From Thiomargarita sp. (GTDB taxonomy: Bacteria > Pseudomonadota > Gammaproteobacteria > Beggiatoales > Beggiatoaceae), in contig DYPD01000001.1 in NCBI GenBank assembly GCA_020720115.1, positions 3,044-67,043 of the forward strand: a stretch of 64,000 nt of DNA, given 5' to 3'. A program made the translations under genes and the position numbers. Below are positions 40,241-49,812 of the stretch, piece by piece (position 1 is the stretch's first letter; each line of letters starts with the position of its first letter). Below the pieces are notes generated by a model. It was not told where the DNA came from. It did not search any database and saw only the letters and a list, made by a program, of their open reading frames with translations.

Positions 40241-42409
40241 ATGAACATGGTAACAATTATTCAAGGTACAACTAAAAAACCTGTTTCTGCACAAAGGCTG
40301 GCAGATTTCTTTGCGCATCATACGGAATATGACGGTTTTTTGTATATAGGCTATCCGATTATCGGTACTGCTGAAGGCCCCTATCCAATTGATGCCATTC
40401 TAATTTCAAGAAGCAAAGGACTTGTGGTTATCAGCCTAGTGGAAGGCCGAGATATAGATAAAAATGATGCGCAAAGCATTCAAGATGATAGCTGCAACAA
40501 GCTAGAGTCAAAACTCAGAGCACATAAAGCTTTAATGCAAGGACGAAAATTATTAGTTCCAATTTATCCGGTGATATTTGCACCTGCCATTAATGATGTT
40601 TCCGGTATTACCACCGATGATTACCCAATATGTAATGAAATAAATTTAGGCACATGGCTTGATAGTTGTGACTGGAGTGATTCAGAACATTTTGAGTCTT
40701 TAGTTGCTATTATCCAGGCAATATCAACGATTCGCAAAGGCCGCAAAAAAAGAGATGTTCAGAAGCTAGATTCTCGTGGAGCTAAGCTAAAACACTTGGA
40801 AGATTCCATTGCTAATCTTGATAATCTACAAGGTCGGGCAGTCATAGAAACAGTTGATGGTGTTCAGCGCATTCGCGGCCTGGCAGGTTCAGGAAAAACC
40901 ATCGTACTGGCATTGAAAGCAGCATATTTACATGCTCAACATCCTGAGTGGAAAATAGCGGTTACTTTTCACACTAGGTCGCTTAAAGGTCAATTTCGTC
41001 AACTTATTCATACTTTTACGATTGTACAGACCAATGAAGAACCAGACTGGGAAAATCTTCATATTATTCAATCATGGGGAGCACCAGGCGGAGGCGACAA
41101 GCACGGCTTATATTATAGCTTTTGCCAAGTTCATGGCTTAGAGTATTTTGATTTTAGTGCTGCTAAGCTTAGATTTGGACAGAACAATCCTTTTGCAGGT
41201 GCATGTCAGAAAGCACTTGACGATTGCACATCTACTTCTGCTATCTATGATGTGATTCTCGTAGATGAAGCGCAGGATTTTCCACCAGCGTTCTTGAGGA
41301 TGTGCTATGAATTACTTAAGCTTCCTGAAAAGCGTCTTGTGTATGCCTATGATGAATTACAGAATCTGAGTTCTCAGGCATTACCTCCGCCTGAAGAAAT
41401 TTTTGGCAAACATCACGACGGAACACCTAGAGTGACTCTTGTGAATCAACTTGGAAAACCTCAACAGGATGTAATTCTTGAAAAATGTTATCGTAATTCT
41501 CGTCCTGTATTAGCAACGGCTCATGCACTAGGATTTGGTATTTACAAAATACCCAGCGAAGGTATGAGTACCGGCTTAGTTCAAATTTTTGACCAGACTC
41601 AACTTTGGCAAGAAGTTGGCTATGACGTAACAGATGGAGAGTTGGCTGATGGTTGTGAAGTTACGCTTTCTAGAACAGAAAAAAGTAGCCCTCATTTTCT
41701 TGAAGAACATTCTGTCATTGATGACTTAATTCAGTTCCACTGTTTTAAATCTAAAGAGGAACAAGACCAGTGGGTTGCTGACGCCATTCACTTCAATCTT
41801 AAAAATGACGAACTACGTTCAGATGATATTATCGTTATCAACCCCGATCCTTTGTCGACAAGAGCTGCCGTTGGGCTAATCCGAAAAAAACTTTTTGAGC
41901 ATGGTATCAACTCTCACCTTGCAGGTGTCGATACTTCTCCTGATGTATTTTTTGACAGCGATAATGACTCTGTTGCATTTACTGGAATACATAGAGCAAA
42001 GGGCAATGAGGCCGGTATGGTTTACATTGTCAATGCTCAAGATTGTTATTCGTCATTTGGGAATATGGCAACCGTGCGCAATCGTCTGTTTACAGCGATT
42101 ACTCGGAGTAAAGCATGGGTTCGCGTTCTCGGTATAGGCTCAGGTATGCAATCTCTGATACAGGAATTTGAGCAAGTCAAAACTAATAAATTCAAGTTGC
42201 ATTTTCATTACCCAACTAAGGGAGAAAGAAAGAATCTCAATATTATTAATCGCGATATGACTAAAGATGAGGCTCGTATAGTGCAACAAAAGAAAAGTGA
42301 TGCTATAAAGCTTATTGACGATTTGGAGAATGGCCGAATTTTCCTTGAAGACCTTGGTTCAGAGCAACTTAAGCGACTTAAAACCATTCTGGACAGGGAG
42401 ACACAGTAA
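40241..42409 (+). CDS. superfamily-1 (UvrD/PcrA-like) helicase with N-terminal NERD/PD-(D/E)xK-like domain
   Basis: Walker A LAGSGKTIVLALKAAYL. Walker B YDVILVDEAQDF. YDELQNL, CYRNSRPV, FTGIHRAKGNEAGMVYIV, LFTAITRSKAWVRVLG. N-terminus: PIDAILISRSKGLVVISLVEGR. The AAGGAG position favours ATG 40247 over 40241. Confidence 0.85.
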   Translation: MNMVTIIQGTTKKPVSAQRLADFFAHHTEYDGFLYIGYPIIGTAEGPYPIDAILISRSKGLVVISLVEGRDIDKNDAQSIQDDSCNKLESKLRAHKALMQGRKLLVPIYPVIFAPAINDVSGITTDDYPICNEINLGTWLDSCDWSDSEHFESLVAIIQAISTIRKGRKKRDVQKLDSRGAKLKHLEDSIANLDNLQGRAVIETVDGVQRIRGLAGSGKTIVLALKAAYLHAQHPEWKIAVTFHTRSLKGQFRQLIHTFTIVQTNEEPDWENLHIIQSWGAPGGGDKHGLYYSFCQVHGLEYFDFSAAKLRFGQNNPFAGACQKALDDCTSTSAIYDVILVDEAQDFPPAFLRMCYELLKLPEKRLVYAYDELQNLSSQALPPPEEIFGKHHDGTPRVTLVNQLGKPQQDVILEKCYRNSRPVLATAHALGFGIYKIPSEGMSTGLVQIFDQTQLWQEVGYDVTDGELADGCEVTLSRTEKSSPHFLEEHSVIDDLIQFHCFKSKEEQDQWVADAIHFNLKNDELRSDDIIVINPDPLSTRAAVGLIRKKLFEHGINSHLAGVDTSPDVFFDSDNDSVAFTGIHRAKGNEAGMVYIVNAQDCYSSFGNMATVRNRLFTAITRSKAWVRVLGIGSGMQSLIQEFEQVKTNKFKLHFHYPTKGERKNLNIINRDMTKDEARIVQQKKSDAIKLIDDLENGRIFLEDLGSEQLKRLKTILDRETQ

Positions 42410-43104
42410 TGCCAACTCCAGAGCAAATTCGCCAACAAATGGAAATGCTCACCGCAGACTTAGTGGGTTTAAGCCTTTGTGATCGCCAAAATTTTCCATC
42501 ATTGCGTGATCTTGGTCATGGTTGCTATGAAGTTGGCATTGGGGAACGAGGCAATGTGAGTTATGCGCTCAAGAATGTTCCTTATCACGACATATATGTG
42601 GAGTTAGATCGAACCCAAACTTACAATTTGCGAATGCTTGATGGCGCACTTATCCAAATGATGTATCGATTCAGAGATAACCAAGTTGAATCTCATCGTT
42701 TGGCATTTTTTCCATCTCCATTTTTGGATGAATTCCAAAATAACCCAGAAATATACCTAGAAGATGAAATTTATGCTGAAGTTATTATGAAGAATATCGT
42801 GCCATTTCCTCTTCGTTTTGATTTTGATTGCCGAGACGAGATTGTTGTCGAGGTAGAACACCCAAAATCCCACCTTACATTAGGACAATATCAGAATTGT
42901 AGAATTCCTGTAAGCGCACCTTTAACGCCTTACCACTTTCTCGGATTTATTCTAAGAAATTTCTATAATACTGCCTACCATACATTTTCTACTAAAATTT
43001 CTTCTTTCTCAGAAGTTTTTAATATATCTATAACTGATTCAGAGATGGAGTTGTTATATGTTCAGATTCCTACTCAAGCTAGGTTGCAAAGCCGAAAATC
43101 CTGA
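42409..43104 (+). CDS. DUF2290-like protein (helicase partner)
   Basis: 231 aa. The start overlaps the helicase stop (TAATG at 42407-42411). LRFDFDCRD...EVEHPKSHLTLGQYQNCRIPV resembles the HP.SHLH...R.P core I associate with DUF2290. Not verified by search. Confidence 0.5.
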   Translation: MPTPEQIRQQMEMLTADLVGLSLCDRQNFPSLRDLGHGCYEVGIGERGNVSYALKNVPYHDIYVELDRTQTYNLRMLDGALIQMMYRFRDNQVESHRLAFFPSPFLDEFQNNPEIYLEDEIYAEVIMKNIVPFPLRFDFDCRDEIVVEVEHPKSHLTLGQYQNCRIPVSAPLTPYHFLGFILRNFYNTAYHTFSTKISSFSEVFNISITDSEMELLYVQIPTQARLQSRKS

Positions 43105-43172
43105 AAAGCTGTTGGTGATTTTTGAACAAGCGCCCGCAGGGGCGCATTGCAGCAGATGCTTGAAGAGAGGGC

Positions 43173-44318
43173 TTAATGTGTGATGTTTTGCAGGACTTTT
43201 TGTACATCCAGCGGAAAGTCTGGGTGGGTGGCGCTGTAGTAGCTGATTTCTGACAGGGTGTGCCAAATATCGTTGTCGGCTGCGAATGCTTTGTAGTTGT
43301 CATACACGCGACGAAAATCCGCATCTTTTGCGGCTTCTTCTGCCAGCACTTCGCTGGTTATTTGTTTCAGTTGTGCTAAGACTGCGGGCGGAAACGCCAG
43401 CACTTTGACGTTTTTATCGGCTAACAATTCGCGCAATGCGTTTAGATTGAGGATTTCAAATTGGATGTGCATCCATTGATTGGTCGCCATTGCCGCTTCT
43501 TCGATCATTTTTTGTAAATCCGGTGTCAGGCTGTCCCAGGCGGCTTGGTTGACTATGAGTTCTAGGGTGGTGCCTGGCTCGTGCCAGCCTGGGGTGTAGT
43601 AGTAGCGAGCGGCGCGATCTAAGCCTAGCCGCTTGTCGTGATAGGGTCCGACCCATTCGGCGGCGTCAATGTTGCCGCGTTCTAGGGCGGTGTAGAGTTC
43701 GCTACCCGCCAGTAAAACCGGTACGCCACCGGCTTTAGAGAGCACTTTGCCGCCCAGTCCGGGCATCCGCATTTTTAATCCCTTGAGGTCTTCTATGCTG
43801 TTGATTTCTTTCTTAAACCAGCCGCCCATTTGTACGCCGGTGTTGCCGACTGGAAAGGGTACGACGTTAAAGGGTTTGTACAGTTCGCGCCAGAGTTTTA
43901 AGCCGTCGCCGCCGTAAAGCCAGGCGTTCATGCCGGACGCATTCATGCCAAAGGGTACGGAGGACATGAATTGCGCGGCGGGTACTTTGCCTGCCCAATA
44001 GTAAGCGGCGCCGTGTCCGAGTTGTACTGAGCCTTGTGACACTGCATCAAAGGTTTGCAACGCGGGGACTAATTCGCCACCAGCGTATACCTGGATTTTG
44101 ATGCGTCCGTTGCTCATGGTTTCGACGCTTTTGGCAAAGCGATCTACGCCTTCTTGGAATACTGGAAAATTCGGTGGCCAAGTGCTGACCATTTTCCACT
44201 GATAGGTTTTTTCTGGGGCTACTGTTTTGCTGTCGGGTGCGGGTGCGCTTTCGTTACAACCGCCAAGCAGTGCTGTTGAGCACAGCAGGACGCCAAAAAA
44301 TAATTGCTTCAGGTGCAT
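43173..44318 (-). CDS. TRAP-transporter solute-binding lipoprotein (DctP family), orphan
   Basis: Lipobox LLGGC. WKMVSTWPPNFPVFQEGVDRFAKSVETMSNGRIKIQVYAGGELVPALQTFDAVSQG. No dctQ/dctM adjacent. Confidence 0.8.
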   Translation of the reverse strand: MHLKQLFFGVLLCSTALLGGCNESAPAPDSKTVAPEKTYQWKMVSTWPPNFPVFQEGVDRFAKSVETMSNGRIKIQVYAGGELVPALQTFDAVSQGSVQLGHGAAYYWAGKVPAAQFMSSVPFGMNASGMNAWLYGGDGLKLWRELYKPFNVVPFPVGNTGVQMGGWFKKEINSIEDLKGLKMRMPGLGGKVLSKAGGVPVLLAGSELYTALERGNIDAAEWVGPYHDKRLGLDRAARYYYTPGWHEPGTTLELIVNQAAWDSLTPDLQKMIEEAAMATNQWMHIQFEILNLNALRELLADKNVKVLAFPPAVLAQLKQITSEVLAEEAAKDADFRRVYDNYKAFAADNDIWHTLSEISYYSATHPDFPLDVQKVLQNITH

Positions 44319-44410
44319 CTCATAGTCTCCAAATGTCAGTGTTAGTTAAGTTAAAACACAAAGCGGCTTTTATACGCTGTTGACGCGGAAAAGTTCAAGT
44401 CGCCCATCGC

Positions 44411-45961
44411 TCAGTCCATGATTTCGGCAGGCGGTGGCAATTCGCTTAAGGTTTCGGTTCCCCGCACGCAATTGATAATGTACTGAGTCAATAGCGGTAC
44501 CGGGCGTCCGGTTGCGCCCTTTTTTTTGTCGGCATGTACAGCAGTGCCTGCCACATCTAAATGCGCCCACTGGTATTTTTTCGTAAAGCGCGATAAAAAA
44601 CAGGCGGCGCTGATCGCGCCAGCGGATTTGTCACCGACGTTTTTCATATCGGCAAAGGGACTGTCGAGTAATTCCTGGTAATCATCCCACAGCGGCATTT
44701 CCCAAGCGCGGTCGCCGGTTTCGCGTCCGGCGTTGAGTAATTCGTTGGTCAAGGGGCTGTGGTTGCTGAATAAGCCGTGCGCATGATGCCCCAGGGCGAT
44801 AACGCAAGCGCCGGTGAGCGTGGCAATATCAATCACCACTTCGGGTTTGTAGCGTTCGCAATAGGTCAGCGCATCGCAGAGAATCAAGCGCCCTTCGGCG
44901 TCTGTGTTAATGATTTCCAGGGTTTGCCCAGATAGGCTGGTGACAATATCGCTGGGGCGCGTGGCGGTGCCGCTGGGAGAATTTTCCGTACAGGGCATGA
45001 TGCCGATGAGATTAACCGGGAGCTGTAACTCAGCCACCGCCGACAGCACGCCTAACACGCTGGCAGCACCGCACATATCGTATTTCATGTCTGGCATGTT
45101 TTCTGGCTTTTTCAGGCAGAGTCCGCCGGTATCAAAGGTCACGCCCTTGCCGACTAACACTATCGGCGCTTGGTTTTTGCCCCCGCCCTGGTAATCGAGA
45201 ATAATCATTTTCGGTGGTTCGGCGCTGCCTTGTGACACCGCCAAAAAAGCACCCATGCCTAAGTTGCGCATGTCCGCCTCGTCTAACACCGAACAGCGCA
45301 ACACAGCAGAAGTTTTTTGGTAATTCGCGCACAGCTTATGTGCCTGCTCGCTCAAATAACTGGGCGTGCAAATGTTTGGCGGCAAATTTGCCAAATTTTT
45401 GGTCAGTTTAACCCCCGTTGCAATGGCTTGCGCCTCTGCCGATGCCTGCTCCGCCAACGGCAATTCGCGCCGTGAAGACACAGTGAAAATGATTTTGCGC
45501 AACGGACGGCGGGTAATGTCTTTTTTGCTTTTCAGTTGATCGAAGCGGTACAAAGTGGTGCTGGCGATTTCAATGGCATAACGCACGCGCCAATGGGTAT
45601 CACGCCCGCGCACATTGAGTTCCGTCAAATAGCACACGGTTTCCATAGACCCCATGTCGTGCAAAATATCAACGGTTTTCGCCATGATTTTACGGTACTG
45701 CGCATCGCCCAATTCGCGCTCGCGCCCGCAACCAATCAGCAACACCCGATCTGACAGCGTACCTGGCACATTGTGCAGCAAGAGCGATTGCCCCAGTTTC
45801 CCCTCCAAATCGCCGCGTCTTAAAATTGCCGACAAGTGCCCGTCGCTGGCGTCATCTAAGCGCCGCGCATTATCCGACAAGCGCCGAGGCTCATAAACGC
45901 CGACCACCACGCAGGCAGTGCGTTGTTTTTCTGGGTGCCCGCTTTTGATACTAAACTCCAT
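44411..45961 (-). CDS. pepA: leucyl aminopeptidase
   Basis: VGKGVTFDTGG, NTDAEGRLILCDAL, DIATLTGA. Confidence 0.95.
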   Translation of the reverse strand: MEFSIKSGHPEKQRTACVVVGVYEPRRLSDNARRLDDASDGHLSAILRRGDLEGKLGQSLLLHNVPGTLSDRVLLIGCGRERELGDAQYRKIMAKTVDILHDMGSMETVCYLTELNVRGRDTHWRVRYAIEIASTTLYRFDQLKSKKDITRRPLRKIIFTVSSRRELPLAEQASAEAQAIATGVKLTKNLANLPPNICTPSYLSEQAHKLCANYQKTSAVLRCSVLDEADMRNLGMGAFLAVSQGSAEPPKMIILDYQGGGKNQAPIVLVGKGVTFDTGGLCLKKPENMPDMKYDMCGAASVLGVLSAVAELQLPVNLIGIMPCTENSPSGTATRPSDIVTSLSGQTLEIINTDAEGRLILCDALTYCERYKPEVVIDIATLTGACVIALGHHAHGLFSNHSPLTNELLNAGRETGDRAWEMPLWDDYQELLDSPFADMKNVGDKSAGAISAACFLSRFTKKYQWAHLDVAGTAVHADKKKGATGRPVPLLTQYIINCVRGTETLSELPPPAEIMD

Positions 45962-46604
45962 GTACTCCTCCTGAATAGGATAGAATTTTTGAATAGAAGG
46001 GCAAATTTTTCGGTCTTGAACGAAATGGGCGGATTTTCTGCTTTTTAACGCTAAATAAATGTTACTTGGTGTCTATAAAGTATCTTTTTTTTAAGCACTT
46101 GCCGAGATTTTTTGCCTTTTTAAGCACACCTCATTTTACAACTTAGAAAATCTAGGCTTTTATTGTAGACGATTTTTTGCCTAAGCGCCTAGATGCGCAG
46201 CCTTTATTTATCAAAATACTGTTATTAATCAATTTATTAACTATTTATTTTTAGGCTTAAATGAAGGCTTTTATAGTGCTATTAGAGGGGTGCTAAGGAT
46301 GAAACCTGACTCGATTAAAGAAGGCAAAATTTGCCTAAAGGCGGCTCGTTTTAGGAAATTTGCACTTAGTTCTCCAATCAGCAAAAAATTTGCTGGGTTT
46401 GCGACTATCCCGAAAAACCAGCATTTACTTCACTCTAAGGTTTATGGCAGAAAAATTTATGAAATTTCTATAACCTGTGGCTAAAATGAGCCTTTTGCCA
46501 GAAAACTGGCGTGCTACACAAAAGGCTCAAAAATCCACCGCTACGGCGGGGCGGATAATGAGTATTGTGTCTGACGTGAACTGAATGAGATGAAAGAGGA
46601 ATAC

Positions 46605-48404
46605 ATGCGCAGTCATTATTGTGGACAAGTTGATACGCAACTACTGGACGAAACCGTCACCTTATGCGGTTGGGTACACCGTCGCCGCGATCACGGCGGG
46701 GTGATTTTTATTGATTTACGCGACCGCGAAGGTTTGGTGCAAGTCGTGTTCGATCCCGACACCGCTGAAGCCTTCGCCAACGCCGAAAAAGTGCGCAACG
46801 AATATGTGCTGCGCGTGATAGGACGTGTGCGCCGCCGCCCAGCGGGCACAGAAAACGCCGACATCCGCACCGGACAGATTGAAATCCTGGGCAAACAACT
46901 CGACATTCTCAACGCCGCCGAAACCCCGCCGTTCCAACTTGACGACGACGACATCCACGAAGACGTGCGGTTACGCTATCGCTACATTGACTTACGCCGC
47001 CCGCACATGTTTGCCCGCTTCAAACTGCGCCATCAAGTCACGCAAGCCATGCGCCGCTACCTCGACGACAACGGCTTCATGGACATCGAAACCCCCATGC
47101 TCACCAAAGCCACCCCCGAAGGCGCACGCGACTACCTCGTCCCCAGCCGCACCCACAACGGCAGCTTCTTCGCCCTGCCCCAATCACCGCAGCTATTCAA
47201 ACAACTACTCATGATGTCAGGCATGGATCGCTACTACCAAATCGTGCGCTGCTTCCGCGACGAAGACCTACGCGCCGACCGCCAACCCGAATTCACCCAA
47301 CTCGACCTAGAACTCTCCTTCATTGACGAACCCACCCTACGCAACATCATGGAAAACCTGGTGCGCTACGTGTTCAAACACGCCATCCATGTTGATTTAC
47401 CCGAATCATTCCAAGTCATGACCTACGCCGAAGCCATCCGCCGCTACGCCTCCGACAAACCCGACCTACGCATCCCCCTAGAACTCGTTGACATCGCCGA
47501 CCTACTCAACAACGTCGAATTCAAAGTCTTCGCCGCCCCCGCACAAGACCCCAAAGGGCGCGTCGCCGCCCTGCGCGTCCCCGGCGGCAACGACAAACTC
47601 TCCCGCAAACAAATAGACGACTACACCCAATTCGTCAGCATCTACGGCGCAAAAGGCTTGGCATACATCAAAGTCAACGAACTCGCCAAAGGGCGCGACG
47701 GCTTACAATCACCGATACTCAAATTCCTCCCCGACGAAGCAATCAACGGCATTTTGCAACGCACCAACGCACAAGATGGCGACCTCATCTTCTTCGGTGC
47801 AGACAAAGCCAAAATCGTCAACGAATCACTCGGCGCACTGCGCCTAAAACTCGGCGAAGACCTCAACCTCCGCCAAGGCGACTGGCGCATTCTGTGGGTT
47901 ACAGACTTCCCCATGTTCGAGTGGGACGACAAAGAAAACCGCTGGTTCGCCATGCACCACCCCTTCACCGCCCCTAACATAGACGACATCAACACCCTCA
48001 AAAACGACCCAGAACGCGCCCTCTCGCGTGGCTACGACATGGTACTCAACGGCTCAGAAATCGGCGGCGGCTCCATCCGCATCCACCGCCCCGACATGCA
48101 AAACGCCGTCTTTGAAATCCTCGGCATAGGCGAAACCGAAGCCCGCGAAAAATTCGGCTTCCTACTCGACGCCCTAAAATACGGCTGCCCCCCGCACGGC
48201 GGCATGGCATTTGGACTAGACCGCCTCGTCATGCTCATGGCAGGCGCAACCTCCATCCGCGACGTGATCGCCTTCCCCAAAACCCAAACCGCCAGTTGCC
48301 CGCTCACCGCCGCCCCCTCCCACGCCAGCGACGCACAACTGCGCGAATTGGGGATTCGTTTGAAAGTCAAGCAAACAGACAACAAGTCAGAAACGGCTGA
48401 GTAA
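46605..48404 (+). CDS. aspS: aspartate--tRNA ligase
   Basis: MRSHYCGQV..., [52 protein letters not shown] lies 5-11 nt upstream of ATG 46605. Confidence 0.97.
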   Translation: MRSHYCGQVDTQLLDETVTLCGWVHRRRDHGGVIFIDLRDREGLVQVVFDPDTAEAFANAEKVRNEYVLRVIGRVRRRPAGTENADIRTGQIEILGKQLDILNAAETPPFQLDDDDIHEDVRLRYRYIDLRRPHMFARFKLRHQVTQAMRRYLDDNGFMDIETPMLTKATPEGARDYLVPSRTHNGSFFALPQSPQLFKQLLMMSGMDRYYQIVRCFRDEDLRADRQPEFTQLDLELSFIDEPTLRNIMENLVRYVFKHAIHVDLPESFQVMTYAEAIRRYASDKPDLRIPLELVDIADLLNNVEFKVFAAPAQDPKGRVAALRVPGGNDKLSRKQIDDYTQFVSIYGAKGLAYIKVNELAKGRDGLQSPILKFLPDEAINGILQRTNAQDGDLIFFGADKAKIVNESLGALRLKLGEDLNLRQGDWRILWVTDFPMFEWDDKENRWFAMHHPFTAPNIDDINTLKNDPERALSRGYDMVLNGSEIGGGSIRIHRPDMQNAVFEILGIGETEAREKFGFLLDALKYGCPPHGGMAFGLDRLVMLMAGATSIRDVIAFPKTQTASCPLTAAPSHASDAQLRELGIRLKVKQTDNKSETAE

Positions 48405-48414
48405 GCGACTTAAA

Positions 48415-48452
48415 AACTGTGAATTTTCCTTTAATTAGGAAAACTCACAGTT
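48415..48452 (+). terminator. long hairpin downstream of aspS
   Basis: AACTGTGAATTTTCCT ttaatt AGGAAAACTCACAGTT (16-bp stem, one mismatch). No T-run follows. Confidence 0.4.
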
Positions 48453-48578
48453 ACCTGTTAGCAACACAACCAACATTGAATAGTTAAATTTTTTAACTAT
48501 ACACTGTACGTTTAGACAGCATTCGTCTAATGGATAATCCCGTGTAATTCCGAATCACGTCAAAACAAGGAAAATGTC

Positions 48579-49322
48579 ATGGCGGGTATTTCAAAAATTG
48601 AATGGACCGAACAAACTTGGAATCCAACAACGGGTTGCGACAAGATTTCAGCGGGCTGCAAGCATTGCTACGCTGAAATCATGGCAAAACGACTGCAAGC
48701 CATGAAAGCAAAGGGATATGACAACGGCTTCAAATTAAGCATTCTGCCTGAACGTCTTGCCCCCCCATTCAAACGTAAAAAACCGACGACTTTCTTTGTC
48801 AATTCCATGAGCGATTTGTTTCATCAAGGCATTCCTGATGAATACTTAGATCAGGTATTCAATACGATTCATCAAACACCGCAACACCGTTATCAGATAT
48901 TGACCAAACGTGCCGAGCGATTGCCCGTGTATTTCAAAGACCGCGCTATCCCACAGAACGTCTGGCTAGGCGTGACCGTTGAAAACATCAAAGAAGGCTT
49001 GCCGAGAATAGATTTTTTAAGAAAAGTGCCTGCCAGTATTCGCTTCTTATCAATTGAACCTTTGTTAGAAGACTTAGGCGAAGTTGATTTAACGGGCATT
49101 CACTGGGTTATTGTGGGCGGTGAGAGCGGTGCAAAAGCTAGAAAAATGGAGCAATCTTGGGTAGAACATACCAAAGCACAATGCGAAGCTCAAAAAGTAT
49201 CATTTTTCTTTAAGCAATGGGGAACTTGGGGGGCTGATGGCACGAAAAGAGACAAAAAGAAAAATGGGCGGTTATTGCAAGGAAAAGCCTGGGATGGGAT
49301 GCCTGTTCAAACGAGAGTTTAA
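48579..49322 (+). CDS. phage Gp37/Gp68-family protein (DUF5131, three-Cys motif)
   Basis: ISKIEWTEQTWNPTTGCDKISAGCKHCYA (C-x6-C-x2-C), WLGVTVEN, IHWVIVGGESG. Confidence 0.85.
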   Translation: MAGISKIEWTEQTWNPTTGCDKISAGCKHCYAEIMAKRLQAMKAKGYDNGFKLSILPERLAPPFKRKKPTTFFVNSMSDLFHQGIPDEYLDQVFNTIHQTPQHRYQILTKRAERLPVYFKDRAIPQNVWLGVTVENIKEGLPRIDFLRKVPASIRFLSIEPLLEDLGEVDLTGIHWVIVGGESGAKARKMEQSWVEHTKAQCEAQKVSFFFKQWGTWGADGTKRDKKKNGRLLQGKAWDGMPVQTRV

Positions 49323-49325
49323 GAT

Positions 49326-49777
49326 ATGCCTAAAAAAGAATATGACTGGGAAATTGGACAGCCACCACCTCCTAGCCTATATTGAACAATACATCAAAAC
49401 GCTCAATCAAAACCCATCAATACCCTCATTTAAACTATAGCCAAACTATATCATTTATACGACGCACTATGCAAAAACCTTCTAGGTTTCAAAAACCTAG
49501 AAGGTTTGGCTTCTAAAAATGATGTACTTTTGCTATAGCTGTTATTGATGCTTTTGCAGGGGGTGGCTTATATCAGGATGCTAATGGCTGTGAGCATCAT
49601 GGCTCTCCTGTCAAAATAATAAACGCCACTGAAAATGGGAAAAAGCTTGTTGAGTCAGGTAGAAAATTTCCCTTTACAGTTGATGCAAAATTGTTTTTTC
49701 TAGATGAGTTGGCTGAGGTATTTGCTCATGATATGTTCCTTGTTTTAACTGGCTTTTTGGTTTCTTGTTGTTTATAA
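49326..49777 (+). pseudogene. tcmP: decayed three-Cys-motif partner gene (tcmP-like) in three frames, 3' part missing
   Basis: Frame a 49326-49385: MPKKEYDWEIGQPPPPSLY*. Frame b to 49440: ..HHLLAYIEQYIKTLNQNPSIPSFKL*. Frame c 49523-49777: ..AIAVIDAFAGGGLYQDANGCEHHGSPVKII...KLFFLDE... The F.L/.IDAFAG.G/GSP pattern matches my memory of TcmP, the usual neighbour of Gp37/Gp68. Confidence 0.5.
49475..49507. repeat. perfect 15-bp-stem hairpin inside the tcmP remnant
   Basis: AAACCTTCTAGGTTT caa AAACCTAGAAGGTTT. It lies in a 98-bp segment bracketed by direct CTATAGC (49435-49441 and 49533-49539). Confidence 0.6.
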
Positions 49778-49785
49778 ATTTAACC

Positions 49786-49812
49786 AAAAAAATAAACTTG
49801 AGCAAGTTTATT
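49786..49812 (-). terminator. terminator-like hairpin at the 3' end of the five-gene operon
   Basis: The minus strand reads AATAAACTTG ct CAAGTTTATT followed by TTTTTGG. The stop codon of the 266-aa gene lies in the stem. The stem is AT-rich and therefore weak. Confidence 0.4.

Noticed and set aside
43130-43145. GC-rich hairpin GCGCCCgcagGGGCGC between the DUF2290-like gene and the TRAP binding-protein gene
   Set aside because: It is plausibly a convergent terminator, but the stem is only 6 bp and there is no U-tract. Left unannotated.
46290-46484. 64-aa ORF in the pepA/aspS spacer
   Set aside because: Lys/Ile/Phe-rich translation of AT-rich DNA. No RBS or motif.
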